The notes under the pieces were generated by a model that ran no database searches, had not been told where the DNA came from, and saw only the letters and a program-made list of their open reading frames with translations. The translations under genes were made by a program, and so were the position numbers. From Planctomycetota bacterium (lineage in GTDB: Bacteria > Planctomycetota > B15-G4 > SIAN01), in assembly GCA_031409275.1 (NCBI GenBank), contig JANNXA010000016.1, positions 32,001 to 96,000 of the forward strand: a DNA stretch of 64,000 nt, read 5' to 3'. How positions within the stretch are numbered: position 1 is the first letter of the stretch; every line of letters begins with the position of its first letter. Positions 1 through 10,512 of the stretch are shown here, in pieces.

Positions 1-48
1 GCCCCGCTGCGCAATGCGGTGCTGCACCCAGGTCGTTAGCGCGCGACG

Positions 49-1239
49 CTATTCCGCGTCGAACAGCGCGATCGACGCCGTGAAGCCGTGCAGGAAGTTG
101 CGGCCGCCGATGGGACCGATCTCGCCGGCGCAGAAGAAGCCGGCCGCTGGCATCGGCCCGGCGTGCCGCTGCAAGGCGCCAGCATCGTGGTCGGGCGCCT
201 CGAAGAAGCGCGCGCCGCGTCCGTTGCAGGTGAAGAGCAGCGCGCCGCCGGGCGCCCCATCCTTGCGCGCCGCCTCCAACAGGTGGCGCAGGTCCTCGTC
301 CGCCGACTCGGCATCGCGCACGTGGAAGCGGATGGTCCGGCCGCGGCGCGCATGGTCGCCGATGTGCATCACGCCGCTCTTGGGGTCGATGCCCATGACG
401 TTGCGCACCAGGAAATCGCCGCGCTCGGGTTGGCTCAGCACCTCGTCGATCACCTGGCCGACGTGCAACCCGCCGCCGCGCAGCGCCTTGGTCAGCAGCA
501 CCTTCTCGGCGGGCTCCGCCTCCTCGAAGAGGTTCTTCAGCTGCTCGAGCGGCGGCTTGCCGGCCAACTCCTCGACGACGTTCTCCTTCGCCTTGGTGAT
601 CACCATCGAGCGGCCGATCGGCTTGCAGCCCTGCGACACGACGTGGCGCACGGAGATGCCGCGCAGCAGCACGCCGACGGCTCCCGCGCGCAGGCACTCG
701 TCATCGAGGAAGAGCGCGTTCACGCCGGGGCCCTGGCCGCCGCTCGCCATCCCGCCGAGCACCTTCAACAGCGGCAGACCTTGATTCACCTGCTGCAGGA
801 AGAGGTCGGCGGGGAACGAGTAGGGCTCGCCGAGCAGCACCATCGAGACGCGCGCGTCCTGGCCGGGAACCACGCTGCCCACGCCGGGGAAGCCGCGCAC
901 GTGCAGGGTGTCGCCGTCCTCCTCGACCGCGAGATCGAACGGCTCGACTTCGCCTTCCGGGAACGCGGCGACCCACAACGAGACGCACGGCCCCTGCTCG
1001 ACCTCACGGCCGTTGCCGATGATCGAGTCGCCGCTGCAGCCGATCAGGTGGTCGGCACCGAGCCGAGTGCGGACCAGTCGAGCCACGCGCTCGAACCCGT
1101 CCGAATGGTCATGCGACACGAAGAGCACGGCGAGGCTCGGGCGCTCGCCCGCAAGCGGAACGATGGCGGCGGCGCACACCTGCTCGACGGCGGCATCGAG
1201 GTCGGCATCGGTCGAGACGGCGGCACCGAAACGGTTCAT
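49..1239 (-). CDS. FIST N/C domain sensory protein
   Basis: 396-aa ORF with FIST motifs: LIGCSG, LGGMASGG, VSQGCKPIG, LLFTCNGRG, GFFCAGEIGP..LHGFT. Confidence 0.9.
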   Translation of the reverse strand: MNRFGAAVSTDADLDAAVEQVCAAAIVPLAGERPSLAVLFVSHDHSDGFERVARLVRTRLGADHLIGCSGDSIIGNGREVEQGPCVSLWVAAFPEGEVEPFDLAVEEDGDTLHVRGFPGVGSVVPGQDARVSMVLLGEPYSFPADLFLQQVNQGLPLLKVLGGMASGGQGPGVNALFLDDECLRAGAVGVLLRGISVRHVVSQGCKPIGRSMVITKAKENVVEELAGKPPLEQLKNLFEEAEPAEKVLLTKALRGGGLHVGQVIDEVLSQPERGDFLVRNVMGIDPKSGVMHIGDHARRGRTIRFHVRDAESADEDLRHLLEAARKDGAPGGALLFTCNGRGARFFEAPDHDAGALQRHAGPMPAAGFFCAGEIGPIGGRNFLHGFTASIALFDAE

Positions 1240-1284
1240 GGACGCTCTCGCCAGGAAGGTGGAAGCGGCGCAGCGTAATCGAAA

Positions 1285-1328
1285 CGACGGCGGCGACGGA
1301 CGCCCGAAGGTCGCCGTCGCCGCCGTCG
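1285..1328 (-). terminator. 15-bp inverted repeat, probable intrinsic terminator of the cytochrome c peroxidase gene
   Basis: cgacggcggcgacgg (1285-1299) pairs perfectly with ccgtcgccgccgtcg (1314-1328). It is followed by only a short T run (TTT) on the minus strand and starts about 22 nt after the stop at 1351. Confidence 0.55.
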
Positions 1329-1350
1329 CGCTACCGGATCGGGGTCCCGC

Positions 1351-3000
1351 TCAGAACAGGTCGAACTCGATCCCCGCGCTGGTGGCGAAGCCGCCGACGG
1401 CCAGCCCGTCCTCGATGAACCACTCGGCGAAGAGCTCGAGGCCGATCAGCGTCGGATCGTCGGGCAGCTCGCCGACGAAGCTGGCGTAGCCGTTGCCGGC
1501 GCCGCTGCTGGCGGTGAGGAAGGTGCCGACGTAGGCGATCTGCGCGAGGTCGATGTTCACCGGGATGCCCTTCCACGTCGTGCCGGGCGGCGCCGCGGCG
1601 AACGCGAGGATCGCCAACGCGAGCCGATTGCCGCGCGCCTCGAAGACACCGAACTTGAAGTCCCAGTTGCCGACGTTGGGCGGCGTCACCGCGATCGCAC
1701 GCGGCTCGAAGCCGCCGGCGCCGCGCGTTCCGCGGCCATAGAGGCTCGGGTTGTTGAGGTTGCGCTCGGTGTAGAGCTGCGGACGGTCGAAGGGCGCCCG
1801 CTCCTGCGCGACCCGGCTGTCGGTGAGGCCGTTGACGACGAAATCGACGAGGTCGTCATGCTCGCGGCGCGTCAGGTTGAGCGGCACGATCGCGGCGTCG
1901 CGATTGTCGGCGAAGTCGCCGCCGCGGTTGTAGAAGTCGACCACCTGGTGCAGGTCGACGAATTGTCCCGTGTGCGTGAAGCGGCGGCGGATGCCGGCGT
2001 TGCGCAGGCTCGGCACCTTCATCTTCCCGCGGTCGCCGAAGTTGCCGGTGACCGTCTGCCGGCCCGGATCGGTCGCCGGATCGCGCAGCCCGATGTTGCG
2101 GAAGGTGTGATCGGAGAAATGGCCGAGCGCATGGCACTTCACGCAGCCCGCCTTGCCGGTGAAGACGTTCAGTCCATTCTGCTGGCGTGACGTCAGCGCG
2201 TTGCTGTTGCCGGCGTTGAAGTCATCCCACGGCGTCTGGTCCGGGATGATCGAGCGCTGATACGTGGCCAGTGCATACGCGATGCGCTCGGCGGTGATGG
2301 CCGGGTCGCCAAACGCCGTGTCGAAGAGGTCGGCATAGGTCGGATCGACGCTCAACGCCGCGACCACGTCGGCCGGCAGGTTGGCCGCGAGCGCCAACGG
2401 ATCGGAGAGCGAGAGCTTGGTCGCGACCTCGGTCCAGTCGCGCGCCGCATGTCCCATCTCGACCGACGAGACGATCGGCGCGACCGCCTGGCTTTCGAGC
2501 GCACCGCCACTGGCGATGGAGACGAGTCCGGTCTGCGGATCGATGAAGGTCGAGGCCGCGCGCCCGTCCCAGAAGTTCTCGGCGGCGAACGCGGCCATCA
2601 GGAACGACGGCGAGTTGCGCGGCGTCGCCTGCGCGAGGAAGCCGTGGATCGGATCGGGCTCGTACTGGTTGAACGCATCCGAACGGATGACGCCCGGCGA
2701 GCCGAACAGGTCATCGGGCGACGGCCGGATCCCATCGGGTCCGGGATTGGCGATGAAGCGCAGATCGGCGCCGCCTTGCGCCGGCCGATGGCACGTGCCG
2801 CACGCCACCGTGTTGTCGCTCGACAGCTGCTCGTCCCAGAAGAGGATCTTGCCCAGCACCGCTTTCTCCGGCGTCACCGGGTTCTCGGGCGGCGCGGTGG
2901 GCGGAGGAATCTGGGCCGACGCGTGGCGAGCCGCGAAGACGACGGCAGCCGACGCGGCGACACGGCCGAGGCAACGAGCAGCGAGCGGGGCTCGAATCAT
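1351..3000 (-). CDS. Di-heme cytochrome c peroxidase/MauG family protein with C-terminal extension
   Basis: Signal peptide; LGKILFWDEQLS..VACGTCH and GCVKCH heme motifs; FWDGRA; KVPSLRN. GGAGGT precedes the ATG at 3000. Confidence 0.88.
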   Translation of the reverse strand: MIRAPLAARCLGRVAASAAVVFAARHASAQIPPPTAPPENPVTPEKAVLGKILFWDEQLSSDNTVACGTCHRPAQGGADLRFIANPGPDGIRPSPDDLFGSPGVIRSDAFNQYEPDPIHGFLAQATPRNSPSFLMAAFAAENFWDGRAASTFIDPQTGLVSIASGGALESQAVAPIVSSVEMGHAARDWTEVATKLSLSDPLALAANLPADVVAALSVDPTYADLFDTAFGDPAITAERIAYALATYQRSIIPDQTPWDDFNAGNSNALTSRQQNGLNVFTGKAGCVKCHALGHFSDHTFRNIGLRDPATDPGRQTVTGNFGDRGKMKVPSLRNAGIRRRFTHTGQFVDLHQVVDFYNRGGDFADNRDAAIVPLNLTRREHDDLVDFVVNGLTDSRVAQERAPFDRPQLYTERNLNNPSLYGRGTRGAGGFEPRAIAVTPPNVGNWDFKFGVFEARGNRLALAILAFAAAPPGTTWKGIPVNIDLAQIAYVGTFLTASSGAGNGYASFVGELPDDPTLIGLELFAEWFIEDGLAVGGFATSAGIEFDLF

Positions 3001-3213
3001 GGCGGGACCTCCCATCGGGATGCCGCAGCGCGAAGCGGCTGCGAACGGGGCGTCAACCCGGACGGCGACGGGAGGTTTCGAGGAAACCTCGCGACGCTTC
3101 CAGCGCGTCCCATTGCACTCCCCGAACGACCGCTTTCCGTACGCCGCCTCGCCGAATCGTGCGCCACCGCTCGCTGCGACGAGCCGCGGCGACGACTCTC
3201 GGCGACGACTCGA

Positions 3214-4263
3214 TCAGTTGCCCGCGGGTGCCTCGGCCGGCACGACGACGTTCGCGGCGCAGTTCTCCGAGAAGCCGGCGTGCACGAAGGCGAGCGACTC
3301 GACTAGCGCCTTCTGGATCGTGCCGCCGCCCCAGCTGTGCTCGCCCTTCTGGATGAGGCGGAACGTGTGGTCGAGCTTCTGCTCGGTCAGCACCTTGTCG
3401 AGTTCCTGATTGGTCGGGCCGAAGCCGTAGCGATCGGCCGTGCCGGCGTCGAAATAGAGGCGCAGCCCTTTCAAGTCGCCGACGGTGCGAGCGATCGACG
3501 TCGGGTTGATCTTGGCGAACTTCTCCGGCTCGATCGGGCTGCCGAGCAGGAGGTTCCAGCCCAGCGACTCGCCGAAGCGCTCGACGGTGGCGCGGTGCTG
3601 CGGCGGCAGCTTCGCGAGGTCTTCGGGGAAGGTCGCCGCCGAGTGCGTGGCCACGGTGCCGAAGAGCTCGGGCGCGATGAGGCCGTAACGCAGCGCGGCC
3701 ATTCCGCCGAGGCTCACCCCCATCAGCACATGGTCGCGCCGTTCGGGCGAGATGCGGTAGTTCGCCATCGCCCAACCGACGACGTCCTTGGTCACGAGGT
3801 CGAAGAGGTTGCCCTCGACTTCACCGTTCGCGTAGAGCGTGCGCGAGGGCGCCGCCACCGCGATCACGATGCAGCGCGCGAGCTTTCCGCTCGCCACCAC
3901 GTCGTCGAGCACCTTGGCGCCGCCGAAGTGGAACGACTGATCGTCCTCGTTCATGCCGTGCAGCCACAGGATCAGCGGGTAGCGGTCGTCGGCATTCACC
4001 GGATCGGCGTAGTCGAAGGGCAGATAGACGCCGCAGCGCTCCTTGCCCGACGTGAGGTTCTTCGTCTCGAACTCGACGCGCTCATAGGTGAACTGCGTGA
4101 GCTCGACGGTCGCGGGGTCGCGCTCGCGGCCGCCAAAGCGTCCGCCGAAACGTCCACCGCCGCGACCCGGCCCGCCAGGAGGCCCGCCCCCGGGCTGTCC
4201 CTGCGCAAGGGCATCGCTGGCGCCAGCGGCGAGCAACGCCGCGAGGAGGACTGCAAGTCGCAT
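3214..4263 (-). CDS. Secreted alpha/beta-hydrolase (esterase family)
   Basis: Start MRLAVLL (signal peptide), Gly/Arg-rich linker, VYLP..YPLILWLHG, nucleophile elbow GVSLGG, C-terminal GEHSW. Confidence 0.85.
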   Translation of the reverse strand: MRLAVLLAALLAAGASDALAQGQPGGGPPGGPGRGGGRFGGRFGGRERDPATVELTQFTYERVEFETKNLTSGKERCGVYLPFDYADPVNADDRYPLILWLHGMNEDDQSFHFGGAKVLDDVVASGKLARCIVIAVAAPSRTLYANGEVEGNLFDLVTKDVVGWAMANYRISPERRDHVLMGVSLGGMAALRYGLIAPELFGTVATHSAATFPEDLAKLPPQHRATVERFGESLGWNLLLGSPIEPEKFAKINPTSIARTVGDLKGLRLYFDAGTADRYGFGPTNQELDKVLTEQKLDHTFRLIQKGEHSWGGGTIQKALVESLAFVHAGFSENCAANVVVPAEAPAGN

Positions 4264-4414
4264 CACCGGCTCCTGATCGTCGAGAACGCGCGCGGCGCCG
4301 CCGCGGGCGAAGGGCGCGACCTTATCGAGGCGGCGCCGAAGCGACAGCTCCGACCTGCGCCCCGCGCGCGCAAGATGGGGCCGCCGCCCCTCCCACGCGC
4401 CTCTCGGAGCCACC

Positions 4415-5875
4415 ATGCTCGCGCCGCTCTTTCCGCTCGCCCTGCTGACGCAGATTGCGCCTGCCGACACGATGCGGCCGGTCGAGCCGCCGACCGTGCG
4501 CCTCTTCCTGCTCGCCGGACAGTCGAACATGGAGGGGCACGCCGTCGCCGATCTCGACAATCCGCGCGACTACAACGGCGGACGCGGCAACCTGGTCCAA
4601 CTGCTCGCCGATCCGCAGCTCGAGCCACGTTTCCGCCAGTTGCGCGCGGCCGACGGCACCTGGGCCGTCCGCGACGACGTGCTGGTCTCCTACAAGACCG
4701 ACGCCGAACAGAAGGCCGGCCCGCTCTCGCTCGGCTTCGCGGTCTACTCCGATCGCCATCACTTCGGCCCTGAACTCGGCATCGGCCACGTGCTCGGCGA
4801 TCGCTTCGACGAGCCGATCGTGCTGATCAAGACGTGCTGGGGCGGCAAGAGCCTCGCCAAGGAGTTCCGCCCGCCCAGCGCGGGCGGCGCCGTCGGCCCA
4901 TGCTGGACGCAGATGCTGACCGAGTACCGCGCGGCCGTCGCGACGCTGGCGACGACCTTTCCGCAGCTGGCGAACCACGCGCCACGACTCGACGGATTCG
5001 TCTGGTTCCAGGGGTGGAACGATGGCTGCGACGATGCGGCCGCCGCCGAGTACGAGGAGAACCTGGTCCACTTCATCGGCGATCTGCGAAACGAGCTCCG
5101 CGACCCGCAACTGCCGTTCGTGGTCGGCGAGACGGGGAACATGGACAACGCGGTGTTGCGCGGCGCGCAGCAGAAGGCGTGCAGTCGCGCGGAGGTCGGC
5201 GGCGCCGCCCGCTTCGTCCCCACCGCGGCGTTCCTGCGCCGACCCGAGGATTCACCGAACACCGGCCACGGCCACCACTGGTTCGGCAATGCGGAGAGCT
5301 ACCTGCGAATCGGCGACGCGTTGGGTCGCGCGATGGTGGAACTGCTGGAGGAGCGCGCGATGGGAGCGGCGTCACGACTGCTGACCGAGTTCGACGAGGC
5401 CGATGTCGCCGCGCAGTGGATCACCGTCAACGACGGCGTGATGGGCGGCAAGTCGAGCGGCGGCCCGAGCTTCGCCGACGGCCGGCTCCTCTTCGCCGGC
5501 AGCACCAACACCGATGGCGGCGGCTTCTCCTCCATCCGCTCGACCCCGCGCGCGCTCGACCTCGCGGCCTTCGCCGGGATCGCCGTGCGCGTCCGCGGCG
5601 ACGGACGCACCTACAAGCTCGAGCTGCGCATGGCGGGGACCCGAGGGGCGCGCGACATCGCCTACCGCGCCGACTTCAAGACCACGGCCGGCGAATGGTG
5701 CGAGGCGCGGGTTCCCTTCGCCTCGATGAAGCCGACGTGGCGCGGCGAGGACCTCGAAGGGCGCGTGCCGGCGCTCGATCCGGCGCAGATCAGCGCGCTG
5801 GGGCTGATGATCTACGACGGCAAGGACGGCCCCTTCCGCCTCGAGGTCGAGCGCATCAGCGCCTACGCGAAGTGA
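4415..5875 (+). CDS. Sialate O-acetylesterase (SASA/SGNH) fused to a CIA30-like domain
   Basis: LAGQSNM, FGPELG, WFQGWND and GHHW in the N-terminal part; WITVNDGVMGGKS, GGGFSSIR, VRGDGRTYK and GPFRLEV (CIA30) in the C-terminal part. Confidence 0.85.
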   Translation: MLAPLFPLALLTQIAPADTMRPVEPPTVRLFLLAGQSNMEGHAVADLDNPRDYNGGRGNLVQLLADPQLEPRFRQLRAADGTWAVRDDVLVSYKTDAEQKAGPLSLGFAVYSDRHHFGPELGIGHVLGDRFDEPIVLIKTCWGGKSLAKEFRPPSAGGAVGPCWTQMLTEYRAAVATLATTFPQLANHAPRLDGFVWFQGWNDGCDDAAAAEYEENLVHFIGDLRNELRDPQLPFVVGETGNMDNAVLRGAQQKACSRAEVGGAARFVPTAAFLRRPEDSPNTGHGHHWFGNAESYLRIGDALGRAMVELLEERAMGAASRLLTEFDEADVAAQWITVNDGVMGGKSSGGPSFADGRLLFAGSTNTDGGGFSSIRSTPRALDLAAFAGIAVRVRGDGRTYKLELRMAGTRGARDIAYRADFKTTAGEWCEARVPFASMKPTWRGEDLEGRVPALDPAQISALGLMIYDGKDGPFRLEVERISAYAK

Positions 5876-5929
5876 GCGCGAAGCGCCGCGATCACCGCTT
5901 CCAGCGAAAGGCGTGGCGAAACTTGCGGA

Positions 5930-8900
5930 TCAAGCGGCACCTCCAGGCGCGGGTGCGGCGGCTGACGCCGCGCTGCGCTTCCAGCCGTCGCCCTTGCCGA
6001 ACGCTTCGGCCAGGTCCCAGCCCAGCGTCAACAGCGCCGGCACGAGGAACAGCGTGAAGAGCGTGCTGACCACCAGTCCGCCCAGCATCACGATGCCAAG
6101 CCCCTGGTAGAGCTCGCTGCCGGCGCCGCTGCCGAACGCGAGCGGCAGCAGGCCGCAGACGGTGGTGAGCACGGTCATCAGGATCGGCCGCAGTCGGCTC
6201 TTCGCCGATTCGAACAGGGCGCGCCGTCGCTCCATCCCTTCATCGCGGAAGTTGTTGGCCTGGTGGACGATGAGGATCGCGTTGTTGACCACGATTCCGG
6301 CCAGGATGATGAAACCGAGCATCGTGATGACGTCGAACGAGGCGTTCGGGAAGTAGCGCTGCGCCAGCGCGATCGCCGCGACGCCACCTCCCATCGCCAG
6401 CGGCACCGTCACCATGATGACCATCGGCGAGAGCCAGCTGCGGAACAGCGCGACCAGCAGCAGGTAGGTGATGAGGATCGCCAGCCAGAAGCTGCGAGTC
6501 AGCGCGGCGAGCGTGAGCGTGAGCTTGTCCGCCGAACCGCCGAACTCGATCGAGTAGCCCGGCGGCAGCGTCGCCTGCGCGGGCCGCAGCACCTGCTCCT
6601 CGGCGCGTACCAGCACGTCGCCGAGCGCCACTCCCGGCTTCAGGTTGACCGTCAACGTGATCGTGCGTTGCCGTTCGAGTCGATCGATCGAGACGGGGCC
6701 GCGCCGGCGCTGGATCTGCGCGAGGTCGCCGAGCGTCACCGTCGCGCCGGCCGGCGTCACCACCGGCAGCTCGCGCAGCTCGTCCTCGGAACGGACGCGC
6801 TCCTGCGGGACGACCAGGTTCACGTCGTAGTCGCGCCCGCCGGCGGAGAAGTTGCTGACGCGCCGACCCGCCAGCGCCATCTCGACCACGGCACCGACTT
6901 GCGCAACCGTCATCCCCTGTTCGGTCGCCTTGTGCGGATCGACCTTCACCAGCAGTTCGGGGCGTCCTTCGACGTAGCCGCTGCGCGCGAAGGCGACGCC
7001 GTCGACGCTCATCAGCGCGCCCGTCAGCTTCTGCGCCGCGGCATCGAGCACGTCGAGCTCGGCACCTGACACCTGCACCTCGAACTGCGAACCGGGATCG
7101 TTGAACAGCGAGAAACGGACCGGAAGCATGAAGTTGAAGCCGGGGGTCGTGAAGCAGACCGGCATCATCTTCGAGACGTAGGCGTCGAGCGCTTCGCCGC
7201 TGGCGTACTGCGGCTTGAGGATGATCCCGCCGCCATTGAAGTTGTTCGAGGCGACGGAGAAGCAGACGGCCGACTCCGGCTGCGCGCGCACCCACTCCTC
7301 GACGTGGCCGATGTTCTCGGCGATGCGCTCCATGCGCTGGCCCGGGGTCGGCTGGGCGAAGAAGAAGATGAAGTTCGAGTTGCCCGAAGGCAGGTAGCTC
7401 GGCGCCGGGATGAAGCGCAGCGTCACCAACGACGCCGCGGTGATCGCCAGCACGAGTCCGACGCGATGGCAGCCACCCGCGAAGCCGGGGCGCGTGAGCG
7501 GCGCGATGAAGAAACCGTACAGGCGCTCCATCCAGCCCGGCGCCCCCGCTTCCGCCTTGGTCGCGACCGCCCGCTTGCCGCGCCACAGCAGCGCGCACAG
7601 CGGCGGCACTCCCAGCAGCGCGACGATCAGCGAGAAGCCGACCGCCGAGGCGATGGTGATGGCGAGGTCGGCGAACAACTGACCGGCCTCCTCCTCGACG
7701 CCGAGCACCGGGAGGAAGACCGCCATCGTGGTCAGCGTGCTGGCGAGCACGCCGCCCCACACTTCGCGACCGCCTTCGATCGCCGCCTGCAGCGGAGGCT
7801 TGCCCATCGCCTTGTGGCGGAAGAAGTTCTCCAGCACCACGATCGCGTTGTCGACCACCATGCCCGACGCGAAGGCCAGGCCGGCGAGGCTGATCACGTT
7901 CAGCGTGCGGCCGAGCGCCTGCATGACCAGGAAGACCATCACCAGCGAGATGGGGATCGCCACGCAGATGACCAGCACGCTGCGGAACGAGCGCAGGAAG
8001 ATCAGCAGCACCGCGATGGACAGCAGCGCGCCGACCACGAGGTTGCCGGTGACGAAGTCGAGCGCCTCGTTCAGGTAGGTCGTGTCGCGGTAGACCGACT
8101 CGAAGCGCAGGTCGAGCCCCTGGTCGGCCAGTCGCCGGTTGATGGCCGCGAGCTCGACGTCGCACGTTTCGATCAGCTTCACGACGTTGGCGCCCGCCTG
8201 GCGGTTCACGCCCAGCGCGACGTTCTCGCGCCCGTCGCCCTTCACGAACGAGCTGCGCTCGCGGTAGGTGTCGACGACGGTGGCGACATCGTCGATCCGG
8301 ATGGTGGCGCGCGCGTCGCGACGAACGACGATGGCACCGATCGCGGCGGGAGCCAGCGCCTTGCCCTCGGTGCGAACCACCATCTGGCGCGTCGCCGTCT
8401 CGATCGTGCCGCCGCGCAGGTTCACGTGCTCGCGCGTCAACGCCTCGGCCACTTCGTCGAAGCGCACGCTGAAACCGGCCAGGCGTTCGGGATCGAGGCG
8501 CACCTGGATCTCGCGCTCCTCGCCGCCGAAGACCAGCAGTCCACCGACTCCCGGAACGCGCTTCAGCTGCGGCGCGACCTGATCCTCGACGAGCTGGCGC
8601 ACCCGGCTCGGGTCGTACGGCGATCGCGACACCAGCCACATCGCCGCCTCGCGCTGCATCGGCGGCACCAGCGAGACGATCGGCTGCTCGGCCTGCGCGG
8701 GGAGCGGCGGCATCTCCGCCAGCTTGTTCATCACGTCGACCAGCGACGCGCTCTTGTCGACGCCCCAGTTGTATTCGAGGCTGACGGCGCTGTAGCCCTC
8801 GGTCGAGGTGCTGCGCAGCTTCTCGACGCCCTCGCAGTTCTGCACCACGTCCTCGATGGCGCGAGTCACCTGCTCCTCGACCTCGCCGGCGCTGGCGCCG

Positions 8901-9055
8901 AGGTAGATCGTCTCGATGGTGATGATCGGCGTGTCGACCGTGGGTTTCAGCTGCACCGGGATCGACCGGAACGCGAGCCACGAAAAGAGGACGGCGAGGA
9001 TGCCGGCGACCGCGATCGTGTGGGGACGTTCGACGGAGAAGCGAACGGGATTCAT
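5930..9055 (-). CDS. RND efflux transporter permease (AcrB/AcrD/AcrF family)
   Basis: 1041 aa, 12-TM pattern, GMVVDNAIVVLEN, GIVVNNAIL, SRLRPILMT. Confidence 0.95.
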   Translation of the reverse strand: MNPVRFSVERPHTIAVAGILAVLFSWLAFRSIPVQLKPTVDTPIITIETIYLGASAGEVEEQVTRAIEDVVQNCEGVEKLRSTSTEGYSAVSLEYNWGVDKSASLVDVMNKLAEMPPLPAQAEQPIVSLVPPMQREAAMWLVSRSPYDPSRVRQLVEDQVAPQLKRVPGVGGLLVFGGEEREIQVRLDPERLAGFSVRFDEVAEALTREHVNLRGGTIETATRQMVVRTEGKALAPAAIGAIVVRRDARATIRIDDVATVVDTYRERSSFVKGDGRENVALGVNRQAGANVVKLIETCDVELAAINRRLADQGLDLRFESVYRDTTYLNEALDFVTGNLVVGALLSIAVLLIFLRSFRSVLVICVAIPISLVMVFLVMQALGRTLNVISLAGLAFASGMVVDNAIVVLENFFRHKAMGKPPLQAAIEGGREVWGGVLASTLTTMAVFLPVLGVEEEAGQLFADLAITIASAVGFSLIVALLGVPPLCALLWRGKRAVATKAEAGAPGWMERLYGFFIAPLTRPGFAGGCHRVGLVLAITAASLVTLRFIPAPSYLPSGNSNFIFFFAQPTPGQRMERIAENIGHVEEWVRAQPESAVCFSVASNNFNGGGIILKPQYASGEALDAYVSKMMPVCFTTPGFNFMLPVRFSLFNDPGSQFEVQVSGAELDVLDAAAQKLTGALMSVDGVAFARSGYVEGRPELLVKVDPHKATEQGMTVAQVGAVVEMALAGRRVSNFSAGGRDYDVNLVVPQERVRSEDELRELPVVTPAGATVTLGDLAQIQRRRGPVSIDRLERQRTITLTVNLKPGVALGDVLVRAEEQVLRPAQATLPPGYSIEFGGSADKLTLTLAALTRSFWLAILITYLLLVALFRSWLSPMVIMVTVPLAMGGGVAAIALAQRYFPNASFDVITMLGFIILAGIVVNNAILIVHQANNFRDEGMERRRALFESAKSRLRPILMTVLTTVCGLLPLAFGSGAGSELYQGLGIVMLGGLVVSTLFTLFLVPALLTLGWDLAEAFGKGDGWKRSAASAAAPAPGGAA

Positions 9056-10236
9056 CGAGCACCACCTGCCGCTGCGGCAGGCGCCGCCAGCAGCACCGAC
9101 ACGCCGGGGAACACGTTCTCCTTGCCCGTCAGGATCACGAGGTCGCCCTCGTTGAGTTTGGCGTCCCCCAGCGGCGCCACCGCCGCTCGGCGGTCGTCCC
9201 GCGCGAGCACGGTCACGGCGATGAGCGCGGCCGTCGGCGGCGACGAATCGCCGGTCGGAATCGCCAGCGCCAGGCGCGTCCCTTCCGGCCCTTCGATCAG
9301 CGTGTCGACCGGCACCACCAGCGCCGCCTGCGTCGCGCGCAACGTGAGGCGCGCGCGCACGAAGAGGCCCGGCAGCAGACGATGCTGCGGATCATCGGCG
9401 GCGGCGACGCGGACCACGCCCTGGAAGGTGCGCGCGCGCGCCTGCGCCGACGGCAGGATCGCGAACAGCGGAGCGTCGAGCGCGAATCCGGGCAGCTCGT
9501 CGCTGGTCAGCGTCGCTCGGGCACCGACCGACACCACCCCCGCGATCGACGCCGGGATCTCGAGCAGCACTTCGCGCCGCTCGATCGAGAGGAGCTCGCA
9601 GCAGAGATCGCCAGCGGCCACATAGTCGCCGACCGTGAGCGGTCGCGCCGTCACGACCGCATCGAACGGCGCGAGCAGCTGCCCCTGAGCCAGCCGCGCC
9701 ACTTGCAGCGCGAGGTCGGCTTCCATCTGCGCCACGCGCGCCGACTCATTGGCGGCCACCGATTCGGCGCGATCGAGCGCCGCTTTGCTGACCTCGGAGC
9801 CGAGTTCGCGCGAGCGCTGCGCGTCGCGCCCCGCCAGTTACGCCATCGTGCGCGCCTGCGCGACCGCCGCCTCGCTCGAGCGCACCTCTTCCTCGATGAC
9901 GTTGTCATCGAGGCGCGCCAGCACGCTGCCCGCCTTCACTTCATCGCCGAGGCGGACGTTGAGCTCGCGCACGCGCCCCGCCCGCTCGAAGGCCAGCCCC
10001 GCTCGCTCCGGCGCCGCGACGTCGCCCACCAACTCGATCGTCTCTGCGACGTCGCCGCGCGTCACCGCCACCGTCGTCACCGGCACCTTGAAGGGCGGAC
10101 GTGCCGGCGGTTCGGGAGGCAGCTCGCGCGGGCGCTGCATCCACCAAATGACGACACCGACGACCACGAAGCCGGTGAAGAGGGAGAAGAGGCCGGAGAC
10201 GCGTTGTCCGCGCGTTTCGTTCGAAGGTGCGTTCAT
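9052..10236 (-). pseudogene. RND periplasmic adaptor (membrane fusion protein) interrupted by an in-frame TAA at 9838-9840
   Basis: ORFs 9838..10347 and 9052..9759 are in the same frame and read ...AQARTMA*LAGRDAQRSRELG...ESVAANES. The N-half has the TM anchor and lipoyl half-motif (GRVRELNVRLGDEVKAGSVLARLD); the C-half has APFDAVV..VGDYV and LLPGLFV. Confidence 0.8.
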
Positions 10237-10512
10237 CCGGACGAGCATACGGCGAGCTTCGCCGGGCGGCTCCCGAGCACGGAGCCGCGATCCAGTTCGT
10301 GGACGCGGGAATTCCACGAGCCAAATTTCGACGTCGGGTTGCGCCACGAGCGTTCGGCGCTAAGCACGCGGCGCGCACGGTGCGAACCCCGTCGGTCTTC
10401 CAGCAATTCGTTCCGTTCGAGGCGCGCCCCCACCACCCGTCGCCTTCACCCTCAGCCCCCTCGATTCCACCGGCGAGGATCTGAAAGCCGATCCATCCGA
10501 CACTCACCTTCC

